A stretch of 64,000 nt of DNA from Alphaproteobacteria bacterium (GCA_965216755.1 CBDCGL010000011.1:928001-992000); one strand, 5' to 3'; shown: positions 11,728 through 24,182, counted from the first letter of the stretch. Notes: generated from the letters alone by a model not told the origin. Numbers and translations: made by a program.

Positions 11728-12036
11728 TCAGCCCTTCATCATGTTGATATCTTCAACGGCGATTGTTCCCCGGTGGCGGCTATAAACCACCAAGATCGCC
11801 AGCCCGATCGACACCTCGGCCGCGGCGACTGTCAGCACAAACATCGTGAACACCTGCCCAGTCAGATCACCCAAGTGCGTTGAAAACGCGACGAAATTGA
11901 TGTTGACAGCAAGCAGCATCAGCTCAATCGACATCAAAATTGTGATGACATTCTTCCGATTGAGAAAAATGCCAAACACGCCGAGAGTGAACAGGATCGC
12001 GGCAACGATGAGATAGTGAACCAGGCCGATTGTCAT
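11728..12036 (-). CDS. nuoK: NADH-quinone oxidoreductase subunit K
   Basis: [22 protein letters not shown]. Confidence 0.96.
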   Translation of the reverse strand: MTIGLVHYLIVAAILFTLGVFGIFLNRKNVITILMSIELMLLAVNINFVAFSTHLGDLTGQVFTMFVLTVAAAEVSIGLAILVVYSRHRGTIAVEDINMMKG

Positions 12037-12647
12037 CCGACACCACTCCCCGGTGCTACGTCCTTCAATTCAACGGATTCCGCCCGGGTTCGGCCGACCT
12101 GCGCGGCGACCTTTTGTTTGCGCACGCCGACGCGCTGGCGCAAGGTCAAGACGATCGCGCCGATCATGGCCACCAGCAAGATCAGACCGGCCACCTGAAA
12201 CAGATAGAAATACTTCGTGTACAACAGATTACCGAGCGCTTCGGTATTGTGTACCTGATCGATAGGCGGCATCGGCGACGCAAGCGGCTGGCTCAGCCCG
12301 CCAGTCTGCCAAGTCGCCACGATAAACCCGATTTCTATAAGCAAGACAACACCGATCAAGCTCCCGGCAGGTAGGTAATGCATGAACCCCTGGCGGAGCG
12401 CGGCGACGTCGATGTCGAGCATCATCACGACGAACATGAACAGTACGGCGACGGCACCGACATAGACGACAACCAGAATCATCGCCAAAAATTCGGCACC
12501 CATCAGCACGAACAGTCCGGCGGCACTAAGAAACGCCAAAATCAAGAACAAAACCGAATGGACGGGGTTGCGGGCCGCGACCACCATAAAACCGGCCGCG
12601 ATGGTCACCGCCGAAAACAAGTAAAAGCATAACGCAGCAATGATCAT
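12033..12647 (-). CDS. nuoJ: NADH-quinone oxidoreductase subunit J
   Basis: [20 protein letters not shown]. Confidence 0.96.
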   Translation of the reverse strand: MIIAALCFYLFSAVTIAAGFMVVAARNPVHSVLFLILAFLSAAGLFVLMGAEFLAMILVVVYVGAVAVLFMFVVMMLDIDVAALRQGFMHYLPAGSLIGVVLLIEIGFIVATWQTGGLSQPLASPMPPIDQVHNTEALGNLLYTKYFYLFQVAGLILLVAMIGAIVLTLRQRVGVRKQKVAAQVGRTRAESVELKDVAPGSGVG

Positions 12648-12766
12648 TGGCGGTTACCTGATGGCTCGCCCATCGAATCACGTTGCAGTATCACGTTCCC
12701 CCCCTTGCCATCCGCGATCGAATGCTGGCATCGGATCGCGGACGGACAGCCCCTTTGTGCCAGCGT

Positions 12767-13255
12767 CTATCGATACGGCGCGTCCGCGGCCAGATTCGCG
12801 GCGATTTCTTTCTCCCAACGATCGCCGTTATCCAGCAGTTTTTGCTTGTCGTACATCAATTCTTCGCGCGTTTCGGTCGCGAATTCGTAATTCGGCCCCT
12901 CAACGATCGCGTCAACTGGACACGCTTCCTGGCAAAACCCGCAATAGATGCATTTGGTCATGTCGATGTCGTAACGCGTCGTGCGCCGACTGCCGTCGGC
13001 GCGCGGCTCAGCCTCTATCGTGATTGCCTGCGCTGGACAGATCGCCTCACAGAGTTTGCACGCGATACAGCGTTCCTCGCCATTCGGATAGCGCCGCAAG
13101 GCATGTTCGCCGCGAAAGCGCGGACTCAAAGGACCTTTCTCGTACGGATAATTGATTGTGACTTTCGGTCGAAATGCGTATCGCAGAGTTAACCATAAGC
13201 CCGACACAAGCTCCGTCAGCAGCAGAGCACGGGCGCCCCGATCAATGAACGACAT
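12767..13255 (-). CDS. nuoI: NADH-quinone oxidoreductase subunit I
   Basis: [12 protein letters not shown] and [12 protein letters not shown]; start ATG 13255. Confidence 0.97.
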   Translation of the reverse strand: MSFIDRGARALLLTELVSGLWLTLRYAFRPKVTINYPYEKGPLSPRFRGEHALRRYPNGEERCIACKLCEAICPAQAITIEAEPRADGSRRTTRYDIDMTKCIYCGFCQEACPVDAIVEGPNYEFATETREELMYDKQKLLDNGDRWEKEIAANLAADAPYR

Positions 13256-13306
13256 TCTCGACCTCCCGGCCGGTGACGACATGTTGTCTCATATGCGCCA
13301 TCTGCC

Positions 13307-14329
13307 CTACGCCGGAGTCGGTAGCCAGCCGAAAGCCAGCCCGACACCCGCGGTGACCACCACCCACAACAACGAAAACGGTAAAAACACTTTCCAACCG
13401 AGACGCATCAGCTGATCGTACCGATAGCGTGGAAACGTTGCGCGCACCCAAATAATGATGAATAGAACAGCCGCAATCTTAAACCCGAACCAGATGATCC
13501 CAGGGATCCAGTTTAGCGGTGCCACGTCGAAAAGCGGCAGCCAACCGCCGAGGAAAAAGATCGTCACCATGCCGCTCATCAAAATCATGGCCGCGTACTC
13601 GCCAAGGAAAAACAAGGCGAACAGCATCGAAGAATATTCCACGAAATAACCGGCCACCAACGCTGCTTCGTCCTCGGGGAGGTCAAACGGGTGACGGTTG
13701 GTTTCTGCAAGCACGGAGATCACGAAGACGACGAACATCGGGAACAGTGGAATGACAAACCACAGATCCTTTTGCGCCATTACGATGTCGGATAGGTTCA
13801 AGGATCCGGCGCAGATCACTACCGTGACAATTACAAAACCCATTGCGACTTCGTACGACACCATCTGCGCGGCCGAGCGCATCGCGCCTAAGAACGCGTA
13901 GATCGAGTTGCTTGACCAGCCCGCCATTAAGACGCCATAGACACTCAGCGATGAAACGGCAAAAAGATAAAGAATTCCGACATTTATGTCGGCGAGCACC
14001 CAACCATCATCAAATGGAATCACCGCCCAGGCGGCGAAACTCAGCGTGAAGGTGATCATTGGCGCGATAACAAAAACGCCTTTGTTCGCCCCCGATGGGA
14101 TGATGGTTTCCTTGAACAGCAGCTTGACGCCGTCGGCAATCGGTTGCAGCAGCCCGAATGGCCCCACCACGTTGGGCCCCTTGCGCAGATGCATCGCGCC
14201 AATAACTTTGCGTTCCGCATAGGTGAGATACGCCACACCCAGCAGCAGCGGCACAGTGATCAAAAGCACTTGCCCAACGATGATCGCGCCGGGCCAGACA
14301 TATTCAGCCCAAAGCCAAGCTGTATCCAT
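13307..14329 (-). CDS. nuoH: NADH-quinone oxidoreductase subunit H
   Basis: [32 protein letters not shown]. Confidence 0.97.
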   Translation of the reverse strand: MDTAWLWAEYVWPGAIIVGQVLLITVPLLLGVAYLTYAERKVIGAMHLRKGPNVVGPFGLLQPIADGVKLLFKETIIPSGANKGVFVIAPMITFTLSFAAWAVIPFDDGWVLADINVGILYLFAVSSLSVYGVLMAGWSSNSIYAFLGAMRSAAQMVSYEVAMGFVIVTVVICAGSLNLSDIVMAQKDLWFVIPLFPMFVVFVISVLAETNRHPFDLPEDEAALVAGYFVEYSSMLFALFFLGEYAAMILMSGMVTIFFLGGWLPLFDVAPLNWIPGIIWFGFKIAAVLFIIIWVRATFPRYRYDQLMRLGWKVFLPFSLLWVVVTAGVGLAFGWLPTPA

Positions 14330-14359
14330 ATGTCCCTCTTCGTCTCGTCCGCCGACGCC

Positions 14360-16438
14360 CTAGGCGCCAGCAGCGGTAAGGTGCTGCACGCCGACGCCTT
14401 GGCGGTGGCCAAAAGCCGTCGTGCACCGTGCCATCGTCTCAGAACAGCGGCTTATCGGGTCGGTCATGTAGTAGTTGGTTACCGGACTATTGAATGGAGA
14501 ATCATCCATGGTCCCGGCACCACCGAATGTCGTCCATGGCGCGGTTGTAACTTCGTCGATATTCTCCAAATGGGGCGCGATTTCTGCCATGCGTTGGCGC
14601 ACGGCGGCAAGCGAATCATAGGGCAAGGTCACGCCCAGCGTTTCAGACAGCGCACGCAAGATGGTCCAATCTTCGCGCGCCTCGCCCGGCGGGAAAGCGG
14701 CCAATTGGGCCCGTTGTGGTCGCCCTTCGCTGTTCACGTAGGTGCCATTCTTCTCCGTGTAGGCGGCACCCGGTAAGATCACATCTGCTCGGCTCGCGCC
14801 TGCATCGCCATGATGACCCTGGTAAATCACAAAGGTGCCGCCAAGGCCAGCCACTTCGATTTCGTCCGCGCCAAGCAAGAACAAAACTTCAATCGCGCCG
14901 CGTTTGGCCGCCGCAACCATACCGCCAACATCCAGGCCTTTTGCACCCGGGACAAATCCAAGATCAAGCCCCGCCACCCGTGCAGCGGCAGTGTGCAGGA
15001 CGTTGAAACCGTTCCAGTCGTCCCGCACGAACCCGTATTTCTCTGCAATCGTCCGAGCCGTTGCCAGCACCGCCGCGCCGTCCTCACGCGCCAAAGCGCC
15101 CATTCCCAAGATCAAGAGTGGTTGTTGCGCCGCACATTGGGCAGCATTGAAATCATGAGCCCCGTCAGCGATTTGCTGCAACGTCTTGGGACCAGCACCC
15201 AGGTGTTGATAGCGATAGGTTAGCGGCAACGCCTCGCCGACCACCCCGACCGGCATGCCAGACTCGAGCCAACGCCGACGAATTCGGGCATTGATCACGG
15301 GGGCCTCAAATCGTGGATTGCTGCCGACAATCAGGCACAAGTCGGCGGCATCGATACCGGCGAACGTGCTGTTGAAGAGGTAATTGGCTCTATGCCTCGC
15401 ATCAAGTTTGGCGCCGTCTTGACGACAATCAATGTGCGGCGAACCTAGTGCAGCCATCAAATCCTTGAGCGCAACGATGGCCTCGGCATCGCAAAGATCC
15501 CCCACGATCGCGCCAATTTGCGATCCATCGACGTCACTCAGGCGTTGCTTGATCGCCTTGAACGCCTCTGTCCAGCTGGCCGGCTGCAAGCGGCCCTTTT
15601 TGTCTCGCACGAAGGGTCGGTCAAGCCTTTGGCGGCGCAAGCCATCATAGGCAAAGCGGGATTTGTCGCCGATCCATTCTTCATTCACGTCTTCGTTTAG
15701 GCGCGGCAACACGCGCATGACCTGTGCGCCGCGGACGTCGACGCGGATGTTACTGCCAACCGCGTCCATCACATCGATGGTTTCGGTCTTGCGCAGCTCC
15801 CACGATCGCGCGGTGAACGCATAAGGTTTCGATGTCAGTGCACCAACCGGACACAAATCAATGATATTGCCGGATAATTCGGAAGTTAGACCAGATTCGA
15901 TCGCACTCGCGATCTCCAAATTCTCGCCGCGCCACAGGCCGCCAAGTTCGGCAGCGCCGGCCACTTCGCTCATGAATCGCACGCACCGTGTACAGTGAAT
16001 GCAGCGCGTCATGAACGTTTTGACGAGTGGCCCAAAGTCCTTTTCTTCAACCGCGCGCTTGTTTTCCGAAAACCTGCTGCGACCGCGACCGAACGCCATC
16101 GCCTGGTCCTGTAAATCACACTCGCCACCCTGATCACAGATCGGACAATCCAAAGGGTGATTGATCAGCAGGAATTCCATGACACCTTCGCGCGCGCGCT
16201 TGACGCTTTCGGTGTTGGTGCGGATGACCATGCCGTCGGCGACGGGCATGGCACATGAAGCGATCGGTTTAGGAGACTTTTCCATCTCGACCAAACACAT
16301 GCGGCAATTTCCTGCGATCGACAATCGGTCGTGGTAGCAAAACCGCGGCACTTCGGCGCCGGCTTGCTCACACGCCTGCAGCACCGTCGTACCGGGTTCG
16401 ACGATCGTCTCAACGCCGTCAATAGTTAGTGTCGGCAC
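14360..16438 (-). CDS. nuoG: NADH-quinone oxidoreductase subunit G
   Basis: CYHDRLSIAGNCRMC, HPLDCPICDQGGEC, CIHCTRC. Confidence 0.97.
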   Translation of the reverse strand: MPTLTIDGVETIVEPGTTVLQACEQAGAEVPRFCYHDRLSIAGNCRMCLVEMEKSPKPIASCAMPVADGMVIRTNTESVKRAREGVMEFLLINHPLDCPICDQGGECDLQDQAMAFGRGRSRFSENKRAVEEKDFGPLVKTFMTRCIHCTRCVRFMSEVAGAAELGGLWRGENLEIASAIESGLTSELSGNIIDLCPVGALTSKPYAFTARSWELRKTETIDVMDAVGSNIRVDVRGAQVMRVLPRLNEDVNEEWIGDKSRFAYDGLRRQRLDRPFVRDKKGRLQPASWTEAFKAIKQRLSDVDGSQIGAIVGDLCDAEAIVALKDLMAALGSPHIDCRQDGAKLDARHRANYLFNSTFAGIDAADLCLIVGSNPRFEAPVINARIRRRWLESGMPVGVVGEALPLTYRYQHLGAGPKTLQQIADGAHDFNAAQCAAQQPLLILGMGALAREDGAAVLATARTIAEKYGFVRDDWNGFNVLHTAAARVAGLDLGFVPGAKGLDVGGMVAAAKRGAIEVLFLLGADEIEVAGLGGTFVIYQGHHGDAGASRADVILPGAAYTEKNGTYVNSEGRPQRAQLAAFPPGEAREDWTILRALSETLGVTLPYDSLAAVRQRMAEIAPHLENIDEVTTAPWTTFGGAGTMDDSPFNSPVTNYYMTDPISRCSETMARCTTAFGHRQGVGVQHLTAAGA

Positions 16439-16454
16439 GCTATGCTCCCCGAAA

Positions 16455-17729
16455 TCATGCGGCCTTTTGACGCTCGATAATGCGGCGCTCCAACTCCAGC
16501 CGAAAATGTCGGATCAATCCTTGAATCGGCCAGGCGGCCGCGTCACCCAGCGCACAAATCGTGTGTCCTTCAACTTGCTTGCTGACTTCCTCGAGTAAAT
16601 CGATTTCCTCGACACGGGCGCGTCCGTCGACGAGCCGTTCCATCACACGCCACATCCAACCGGTGCCCTCGCGACATGGTGTGCACTGACCGCAGCTTTC
16701 GTGTTTGTAGAAGTGCGACAAACGGGCAATGGCGGTGACGATGTCGGTTGACTTGTCCATGACGATAACCGCCGCCGTGCCGAGACCCGATTTTACTTCG
16801 CGCAACGCGTCGAAATCCATCAACACGTCGTCGCAGGTCGGCTTCGGTATACAGGGCACCGACGAACCACCCGGGATCACGGCAAGCAGGTTGTCCCAAC
16901 CGCCGCGCACGCCACCGGCATGATGTTCGATCAGTTCGCGCAGAGGAATGCTCATTTCCTCTTCGACATTGCATGGTCGTTCGACGTGGCCGGAGATGCA
17001 AAAGACTTTCGTGCCCGTGTTGTTGGCGCGCCCAAAACCAGCAAACCAGCTCGCGCCGCGCCGCATGATCGTTGGCGCAACCGCGATCGTCTCAACATTG
17101 TTGACGGTGGTCGGGCACCCCCAGACGCCAACATTGGCGGGAAACGGCGGCTTCAACCGCGGTTGCCCCTTATTGCCCTGCAAGCTTTCGATCAGAGCCG
17201 TTTCTTCGCCGCATATATACGCACCGGCGCCACGGTGAACATGGACGTCGAAATCATATCCCGAGCCACAAGCGTCATCACCAATCAAGCGCGCTTCGTA
17301 GGCTTCCGCGACCGCGCGTTCCAAAGCTTGTGCCTCGTTGTAAAACTCGCCGCGAATGTAGATATACGCGGCACGCGCGCGCATGGCGAAGCCGGCGACC
17401 AGCGCCCCCTCAATCAGCTTGTGCGGCTCGTGGCGCAGGATATCGCGATCCTTACAAGTTCCCGGTTCGCTCTCGTCGGCATTAATGACCAGATATGACG
17501 GTCGCCCAACACTCTCCTTTGGCATGAACGACCATTTTAGGCCTGTCGGGAACCCGGCGCCGCCGCGGCCACGCAAACCGGACTCCTTAATCTCCGCAAC
17601 GATCGCGTCCGCGCCTTTGTCCAAGATTGCCTTGGTATTGTCCCAGTCGCCGCGCTGGCGGGCAGCATCCAATGTCGCCTCGCGGGCGCCATAAAGATTG
17701 GCAAAGATACGGTCTTGATCACTCAGCAT
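16455..17729 (-). CDS. nuoF: NADH-quinone oxidoreductase subunit F
   Basis: [41 protein letters not shown]. Confidence 0.97.
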   Translation of the reverse strand: MLSDQDRIFANLYGAREATLDAARQRGDWDNTKAILDKGADAIVAEIKESGLRGRGGAGFPTGLKWSFMPKESVGRPSYLVINADESEPGTCKDRDILRHEPHKLIEGALVAGFAMRARAAYIYIRGEFYNEAQALERAVAEAYEARLIGDDACGSGYDFDVHVHRGAGAYICGEETALIESLQGNKGQPRLKPPFPANVGVWGCPTTVNNVETIAVAPTIMRRGASWFAGFGRANNTGTKVFCISGHVERPCNVEEEMSIPLRELIEHHAGGVRGGWDNLLAVIPGGSSVPCIPKPTCDDVLMDFDALREVKSGLGTAAVIVMDKSTDIVTAIARLSHFYKHESCGQCTPCREGTGWMWRVMERLVDGRARVEEIDLLEEVSKQVEGHTICALGDAAAWPIQGLIRHFRLELERRIIERQKAA

Positions 17730-18343
17730 CACGCATCCTCAAGCGTATTCAGGGCTGTCTGGCGCCCCACCGGTTCTGAGGTCTTGCGTCGCGGATCGTG
17801 ACTGCCAATCTTTGGTTGTCGCGCCCGTTTGAGTGTGTCGAGGATCGTGATGAGTCGTTCCGGGGTCAAATCCTCATAATAGTCGTCGTTGATCTGTACC
17901 ACCGGAGCGTTCACACAAGCACCAAGGCATTCGACTTCAACCAGAGTAAAGGCGCCGTCCGCGGTGGTTTCACCCAGTCCAATGCCCAGATGACGCTCGC
18001 ATGCCGCGCGAACGTCGTCGCTGCCCCGCAACCAACACGGTGTCGTGCGACAGAGTTGTATGAAATTGCGTCCAACCGGCGCCAAATTGAACATCGTATA
18101 AAAAGTGGCAACTTCCAGAGCTTGGATTTCGGAAACTTCCAGCATCTCAGCAACCGCGCGAATGGCTGCAATGGACAGCCATCCATGTTGGCGCTGCGCC
18201 AAGTCAAGTAACGGCAGCAACGCGCTCGCCTGCCGCCCGGCGGGATAGCGTGCGACATATTCTTTCGCGCGCGCTAGATTCTCTGCCGTAAAGGCAAAAT
18301 CGTCCGGTTGTTGTTCCGGTGGCGCAAATTGCCTGTCACTCAC
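17729..18343 (-). CDS. nuoE: NADH-quinone oxidoreductase subunit E
   Basis: EVATFY, CRTTPC, ECLGAC; GTG 18343 overlaps nuoD stop. Confidence 0.94.
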   Translation of the reverse strand: MSDRQFAPPEQQPDDFAFTAENLARAKEYVARYPAGRQASALLPLLDLAQRQHGWLSIAAIRAVAEMLEVSEIQALEVATFYTMFNLAPVGRNFIQLCRTTPCWLRGSDDVRAACERHLGIGLGETTADGAFTLVEVECLGACVNAPVVQINDDYYEDLTPERLITILDTLKRARQPKIGSHDPRRKTSEPVGRQTALNTLEDA

Positions 18344-19518
18344 CGGTCGACCTCCCCGAAAACGACATCCATGGTCGCCACACAAGCGACCACATCGGCC
18401 AGTTGATGGCCCTTGGTCATGAAATCCAATCCTTGCAGATGCGCAAATCCTGGCGCACGAATCTTGCACCGGTACGGTTTGTTCGTGCCGTCAGCAATCA
18501 GGTAAACACCAAATTCGCCTTTCGGCGCCTCAACCGCCGTATAGGTTTCGCCAGCCGGCACGTGATAGCCTTCGGTGTAAAGCTTGAAATGGTGAATCAG
18601 CGCTTCCATGGAGCGCTTCATATCGCCACGTTTCGGCGGCGCGATCTTGTTGTCTTCGACCATGATCGGACCGTCGGGCATTTCTTCGATGCACTGCCGA
18701 ATGATGCGCACGCTTTGGCGCATTTCTTCAATGCGCACGAGATACCGGTCATAGCAATCGCCGTTCTTGCCGACTGGGATGTCGAAATTCATCTGACCGT
18801 ACACGTCATACGGTTGGGCCTTGCGTATATCCCAGGGCACGCCGCTTCCACGCAACATGACGCCACTGAAACCCCAATCCAGCGCCTGCTCCGGTGTCAC
18901 CGCGCCGATATCAACGTTGCGTTGCTTCCAGATTCGGTTCTCGGTGAGAAGCCCTTCAACATCATCGATGATCGCCGGGAAGTTGTCGGCCCAGGCTAAT
19001 ATCTCCTGTTCAATACCGGCGGGCATGTCCTGGTGAACACCGCCCGGACGAATATATGCGGCGTGCAACCGGGCGCCCGAGACTTGCTCGTAGAAGGCAA
19101 CAAGTTTTTCGCGCTCCTCGAACATCCAAAGGAATGGGGTCATCGCGCCCACATCCAGCCCATTTGCACTGATTTGCAGGAGATGATTAAGGACCCGAGT
19201 GATCTCGCAAAACAACACGCGCACATATTGCGCACGCATTGGCACCTCGCAGCCCAACAGCTTCTCCACCGCCAAACTGTAACAGTGCTCTTGCGCCATC
19301 ATTGACACATAGTCGAGACGGTCGAAATACGGCAAAGCCTGCAGATACGTCTTGTATTCGATAAGCTTTTCCGTACCGCGATGGAGCAGCCCGATATGTG
19401 GGTCAGCGCGCTCGCACACCTCGCCGTCCATCTCTAAGACCAATCGCAGCACGCCGTGCGCCGCTGGATGCTGAGGACCGAAGTTAAAGGTCAGATGTTT
19501 GATTTCGGTTTCGGCCAT
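18340..19518 (-). CDS. nuoD: NADH-quinone oxidoreductase subunit D
   Basis: [24 protein letters not shown]. Confidence 0.97.
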   Translation of the reverse strand: MAETEIKHLTFNFGPQHPAAHGVLRLVLEMDGEVCERADPHIGLLHRGTEKLIEYKTYLQALPYFDRLDYVSMMAQEHCYSLAVEKLLGCEVPMRAQYVRVLFCEITRVLNHLLQISANGLDVGAMTPFLWMFEEREKLVAFYEQVSGARLHAAYIRPGGVHQDMPAGIEQEILAWADNFPAIIDDVEGLLTENRIWKQRNVDIGAVTPEQALDWGFSGVMLRGSGVPWDIRKAQPYDVYGQMNFDIPVGKNGDCYDRYLVRIEEMRQSVRIIRQCIEEMPDGPIMVEDNKIAPPKRGDMKRSMEALIHHFKLYTEGYHVPAGETYTAVEAPKGEFGVYLIADGTNKPYRCKIRAPGFAHLQGLDFMTKGHQLADVVACVATMDVVFGEVDR

Positions 19519-20132
19519 CACCCGGTCTCCGCCTCATCCGACTTTTCGTCGCCTGGCAATGCATAATCCGGCCCTTCCCACGGGCTCAGAAAATCGAAAC
19601 TGCGGAACTCCTGGGTGAGCTTGACGGGCTCGTATACAACGCGTTTTTGCGATTCGTCATAGCGGACTTCAACGTACCCTGTCAGCGGGAAATCCTTGCG
19701 CATCGGGTGACCGTCAAAGCCATAGTCAGTCAGAATTCGGCGCAAATCGGGGTGATCCGAAAAATAGACCCCGTACATATCCCAGACCTCGCGCTCATAC
19801 CATGCGGCAGCGCTAAACTGATCGCTGATCGACGGCACCGGCGTTTCACTGTCAGCAGCGACCTTCACACGGATACGTTGATTGTGATGATGGCTCAACA
19901 AGTGATAAACGATCTCGAAGCGGCGCTCGCGATCCGGATAGTCAACGCCGCAAATATCGACCAACTGTCTGAATCGGCAATCTGAATTGTCGCGCAGAAA
20001 CGTCACCACTGATTGGATCGCAGACGCCGAGCAAGCAATCGACAACTCGCCGTGGGCCACGGCGTATTCAGTGACATCGCTGGGCAAGGCCGAGGTGATA
20101 TGCGCTGCGAGATCGTGTAGGGCTTGGTCCAT
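19518..20132 (-). CDS. nuoC: NADH-quinone oxidoreductase subunit C
   Basis: [29 protein letters not shown]. Confidence 0.97.
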   Translation of the reverse strand: MDQALHDLAAHITSALPSDVTEYAVAHGELSIACSASAIQSVVTFLRDNSDCRFRQLVDICGVDYPDRERRFEIVYHLLSHHHNQRIRVKVAADSETPVPSISDQFSAAAWYEREVWDMYGVYFSDHPDLRRILTDYGFDGHPMRKDFPLTGYVEVRYDESQKRVVYEPVKLTQEFRSFDFLSPWEGPDYALPGDEKSDEAETG

Positions 20133-20148
20133 GATGCTGGCGCGGCGT

Positions 20149-20697
20149 CTATCGGGCTATCGTGCCAGTACGGCGTATTTTCTTCTGCAACTGAAGAATG
20201 CCGTAGAGCAGCGCTTCGGCCGTTGGCGGACATCCCGGTATGTAAATATCGACCGGCACGACCCGATCACATCCGCGCACAACAGCGTACGAATAGTGAT
20301 AGTAGCCGCCGCCATTGGCGCAGCTCCCCATCGATATGACATAGCGTGGCTCGGCCATCTGGTCATAGACCTTGCGCAGCGCCGGCGCCATTTTGTTGGT
20401 CAGGGTTCCCGCAACAATCATTACGTCCGACTGGCGCGGGCTTGGCCGGAACACGACCCCAAATCTGTCCAGGTCATAGCGGCTTGCCCCGGAATGCATC
20501 ATCTCGACCGCACAGCAAGCAAGACCAAAGCTCATCGGCCAAAGCGATCCGGTGCGCGCCCACGACGCAATTTTTTCCATGCTCGAGATAACGAAGCCTT
20601 TGTCGGTCAGTTCCTGCCCGACATAGGTCATCATTTGTTGGGTCGCGGCGTCGTTCGCCCGCTCGGCGCGGGTCATCCTGGGACCCGTCACTCCCAT
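20149..20697 (-). CDS. nuoB: NADH-quinone oxidoreductase subunit B
   Basis: [25 protein letters not shown]; start uncertain (20697 or 20718). Confidence 0.95.
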   Translation of the reverse strand: MGVTGPRMTRAERANDAATQQMMTYVGQELTDKGFVISSMEKIASWARTGSLWPMSFGLACCAVEMMHSGASRYDLDRFGVVFRPSPRQSDVMIVAGTLTNKMAPALRKVYDQMAEPRYVISMGSCANGGGYYHYSYAVVRGCDRVVPVDIYIPGCPPTAEALLYGILQLQKKIRRTGTIAR

Positions 20698-21053
20698 TCC
20701 AAAGCTCCCTTTTTCCACTCATAAATGAAGCCGATGGTCAGTACAGCCAGGAAAATGACCATCGACCAAAAACCGAACATGCCGATTTTTCCAAGCGACA
20801 CCGCCCATGGGAAAAGGAATGCAACTTCCAAGTCGAAAATGATGAACAGAATGGCAACTAGGTAGAACCGCACATCGAACCGCCGACGCGCATCGTCGAA
20901 CGGTTCAAAACCGCACTCATACGGAGAGATCTTCTCTAAGTCAGGTTGCTGCCGCGCGATGATATAGGAAGCGGTCACGACGACCACGGCCAGACCACCG
21001 GCTATGGCCAAAAAAATCAAGATCGGCAGGTATTCCGAAAGAAGAGCCTCCAT
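20688..21053 (-). CDS. nuoA: NADH-quinone oxidoreductase subunit A
   Basis: [19 protein letters not shown]. Confidence 0.97.
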   Translation of the reverse strand: MEALLSEYLPILIFLAIAGGLAVVVVTASYIIARQQPDLEKISPYECGFEPFDDARRRFDVRFYLVAILFIIFDLEVAFLFPWAVSLGKIGMFGFWSMVIFLAVLTIGFIYEWKKGALEWE

Positions 21054-21381
21054 GCGGACGCCCCTTCATAAGTCACAGAAAACGTGTGCCGAATGTCGCC
21101 CCGGGCGACACCCGAAAGATGGTGGTAACGGTCACGTACAGACGCTGACGGACAACGCGCAGCGCCATTGAGCTAACAAGTCCGTTCGCGCGTGCAATAT
21201 AAGCGTGAGCCAATGGATTGCAAAGGCAGGATGTTCACGGCGCCGGCGCCCCAGACCTGTGTCTGCTACAGACAGAAACCGACCTGGCGTCAACCGCCGG
21301 CCAGTCAAGTAAACTGAGCGTGGAAGCCCATTTCGACCGCCGCGCATTGCGCGATCCGCAACCGCGAACGAAACATAAGAG

Positions 21382-21458
21382 TGGCGGGAGTGACGGGACT
21401 CGAACCCGCGGCCTCTGGCGTGACAGGCCAGCGCTCTAACCAACTGAGCTACACCCCC
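21382..21458 (-). tRNA. tRNA-Asp(GTC)
   Basis: Reverse complement GGGGGTGTAGCTCAGTTGGTTAGAGCGCTGGCCTGTCACGCCAGAGGCCGCGGGTTCGAGTCCCGTCACTCCCGCCA. Confidence 0.97.
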
Positions 21459-21661
21459 GAACGTTTCAGCCCGTTTAATTTAGTGGCATTGCAGTGTCAA
21501 GGAAACCGAACGTGGCACGCAAATCGACAAACCCACGACCGGATCCGCGCGAAGGCTCTCGCGGCGGCGCTGGTTGCCTGGCAACCAGATTCGAGCCAAC
21601 ACTTGACACGACGGCCTGACCAGCCAGAATTCGTTGTGACACCGAGATCAGGGAGGAAAGC

Positions 21662-21895
21662 ATGAGATCACAGGTGTATGCCCTGGCGGTCGCGATAGCG
21701 GGATTTGGATTGGCAACGGGCGCTTGGGCCCAAGACGTGCCGGCGGAAACGCAGACTTCGCCGGAGCAGGTCCAAATGTGCCAAGAGGGTACGCAACAAT
21801 GCGAAGCCGGTGATCAAGGCGGTTGTGTGACTGCCTTGAAGACCTGCGTGGGTGAAGCCCGTCAGGCCGTTATGGCCTTGATGGCCGAAGGCTGA
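21662..21895 (+). CDS. Small secreted four-cysteine protein
   Basis: SD AGGGAGGA, signal peptide AWA-Q, Cx6Cx7Cx6C, downstream terminator. Confidence 0.75.
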   Translation: MRSQVYALAVAIAGFGLATGAWAQDVPAETQTSPEQVQMCQEGTQQCEAGDQGGCVTALKTCVGEARQAVMALMAEG

Positions 21896-21932
21896 CGCCG
21901 GCTCCGCCGAAAGGCATTGATTAAGACGATAA

Positions 21933-21967
21933 GGCCCGTGCCGAACATCGGCACGGGCTTTATTTAT
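21933..21967 (+). terminator. Intrinsic terminator
   Basis: GCCCGTGCCGA-aca-TCGGCACGGGC-TTTATTT. Confidence 0.75.
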
Positions 21968-21995
21968 TCTTCATTTTGACCGTGGGGAAGCGCGT

Positions 21996-22310
21996 ATGCT
22001 CCTGTCCACCACCGATCAAATCGAAGGCAAGCGAATCACGACCTATCTCGGTATCGTGAGTGGTGACGCCATCGTCGGCGCTAATATTTTCCGCGATCTG
22101 TTTGCCCGCATTCGCGATATTGTCGGCGGCCGAGCCGCGGGCTACGAACACGCACTTGATGAGGCCAAGAATCACGCCCTTGAAGACATGACCCAAGCCG
22201 CCGGTGCGTTGGGCGCCGACGCTGTCATCGGTGTTGATTTGGACTATGAAAGCATAGGCGAATCGATGCTGATGGTCAGCGCGAACGGGACCGCCGTGAA
22301 GTTGGAATAG
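21996..22310 (+). CDS. YbjQ/UPF0145 family protein
   Basis: [43 protein letters not shown]. Confidence 0.92.
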   Translation: MLLSTTDQIEGKRITTYLGIVSGDAIVGANIFRDLFARIRDIVGGRAAGYEHALDEAKNHALEDMTQAAGALGADAVIGVDLDYESIGESMLMVSANGTAVKLE

Positions 22311-22341
22311 GCCGCTGGGGGTAAAGAAAGGAATTTCAGGC

Positions 22342-23325
22342 ATGAAGATCGTAGTCATTGGCGCTGGCGCGATGGGTGGTTCCTATGGCGGACTGCTCGC
22401 CTTGGCTGGTCATGACGTCGCACTCATTGACACTTGGTCAGCGCACGTGGACGTCATCAACACCAAGGGGCTTCGTGTTGAGGGAGTGCTGGGTGACCAT
22501 TGTGTGCGCCTGCCGGCGACGACGTCGCCACCCAACGATCAAACAGCCGATGTCGCAATCGTTTTTGTGGATTCAAACAACACCGAAGCCGCCGCCGAAA
22601 CAGCGCGGCAGATTCTAAGCGACCAAGGATGCGCGATCACGTTTCAGAACGGCATTGGAAATGTCGAAACGCTCCAAGGCGTGCTCGGCGCGGATCGGGT
22701 ACTCGGCGGTTCCAGCATGTGCAGCGCGGCAACATTGGGCCCTGGTCATGTGCGCTTGACCAATATGGGCATGACTACGGTCGGCGAGATTAACGGCACC
22801 GAAACGCCGCGGGCCGGGGCCATCGTTGAGATGCTCGGCAAAGCCGGCTTCGAGGCCAGTTTGTCTGCCGACATGATGGCGCAAATCTGGGAAAAGTTCG
22901 TGCTCAATTGTGGCGCTAACGCGATCGCCGCGACCACGGGCCTGCGCCCCGGAGAATTTGCACGGGTACCGGAGATCAACGCGTTCCAAGATCGCGTTTT
23001 GGCCGAAATCATGGCGGTCATTGCGGCCAAGGGCATCGCCCTGCCCCATCCCAACATTGATGCGCGCATCAAGGACGGTTGTTGGAAAAAATTCAATCGA
23101 CCGTCAATGTTGCAGCATGTTCAGGCGGGCCGAAAAACCGAGATCGGCGCACTCAACGTTGCGCTGATACGTGAGGCCGAGGCGGTTGGCGTGGCGACTC
23201 CAAACAACCAGGCCTTGGTTGCGTTGTTGTTGGGTCGGGAGCTCAGCCAAATGCGTGCGGTCCACGAACCAAACATCGACTACGAAGCATGGGAGGCCCG
23301 CGTTGCGGCTGGCCAGGAAGACTAA
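22342..23325 (+). CDS. Ketopantoate reductase (PanE/ApbA) family protein
   Basis: VIGAGAMG, FQNGIG, IWEK, PSMLQ, KTEI. Confidence 0.85.
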   Translation: MKIVVIGAGAMGGSYGGLLALAGHDVALIDTWSAHVDVINTKGLRVEGVLGDHCVRLPATTSPPNDQTADVAIVFVDSNNTEAAAETARQILSDQGCAITFQNGIGNVETLQGVLGADRVLGGSSMCSAATLGPGHVRLTNMGMTTVGEINGTETPRAGAIVEMLGKAGFEASLSADMMAQIWEKFVLNCGANAIAATTGLRPGEFARVPEINAFQDRVLAEIMAVIAAKGIALPHPNIDARIKDGCWKKFNRPSMLQHVQAGRKTEIGALNVALIREAEAVGVATPNNQALVALLLGRELSQMRAVHEPNIDYEAWEARVAAGQED

Positions 23326-23375
23326 GGATACACGCGCCGCCCCCGTAATTTGCATTAGATGAGCCCAGAGCCGAG

Positions 23376-24182
23376 ATGACTGAGATCAGCACTGGCACAC
23401 CACAACTGTTGTGCGAATTGTCGAATGGTGTTGCCACCCTAACCTTCAACCGCCCGGAAGCGCGAAACGCCTTGTCGGACGTATTGAGCCCGGCGTTGCG
23501 CAAGACCATCGCTATGCTCAGCGAACGCACAGATGTCGGCGCGGTGTTGTTGACTGGTGCCGGCCGAGCGTTTTGTGCGGGTGGCGATGTCAAAGGCATG
23601 GGCGCAAACGGCAGCTCTTCGTTGTCGGGGGATGATGCCGTCACCCGGCTGCGCGAACGCCAACGCACGTTGACCGGCGCACTTGCAAGCATGCCAATGC
23701 CAACCATCGCGGCATTGCCGGGACCGGCAGTGGGTGCCGGCCTGGCTATTGCGCTCGCTTGCGACATCCGTATCGCCGCGCGTACGGCATTTGTAAGCAC
23801 GGGGTATGCCCGCATCGCCCTAACTGGCGATTATGGCATCAGTTGGTTGCTGACGCGGTTGGTCGGCACCTCGCGCGCGCGGGAATTGATGTACACCGCT
23901 GCGCGCGTCGACGCGGAGACCTGCGCGCGCTGGGGATTGGTCAACCATGTGGTCGACGATGATCAACTGCGCGGCGAAGCAAGAGAATTGGCGCAAGCTC
24001 TGGCGTCGGGACCACGCCAAGCCATACGCCTAATGAAAACCAACTTGGAACGCGCCCTGACCGACGACTTGTGGACGGTGATGGATCGCGAGGCCGCGCA
24101 CATCATCGAATCGGCACGTTCGGATGATCACAAGGAAGGCGTTCGCGCCTTCATTGAAAAACGCACGCCGCGTTTCAACTGA
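23376..24182 (+). CDS. Crotonase family, PaaG-like (no catalytic Glu pair; ALTGDYG Asp)
   Basis: NRPEARNAL, FCAGGD, GPAVGAG, ACDIRIA, DHKEGVRAF.EKR.P.F. Confidence 0.88.
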   Translation: MTEISTGTPQLLCELSNGVATLTFNRPEARNALSDVLSPALRKTIAMLSERTDVGAVLLTGAGRAFCAGGDVKGMGANGSSSLSGDDAVTRLRERQRTLTGALASMPMPTIAALPGPAVGAGLAIALACDIRIAARTAFVSTGYARIALTGDYGISWLLTRLVGTSRARELMYTAARVDAETCARWGLVNHVVDDDQLRGEARELAQALASGPRQAIRLMKTNLERALTDDLWTVMDREAAHIIESARSDDHKEGVRAFIEKRTPRFN

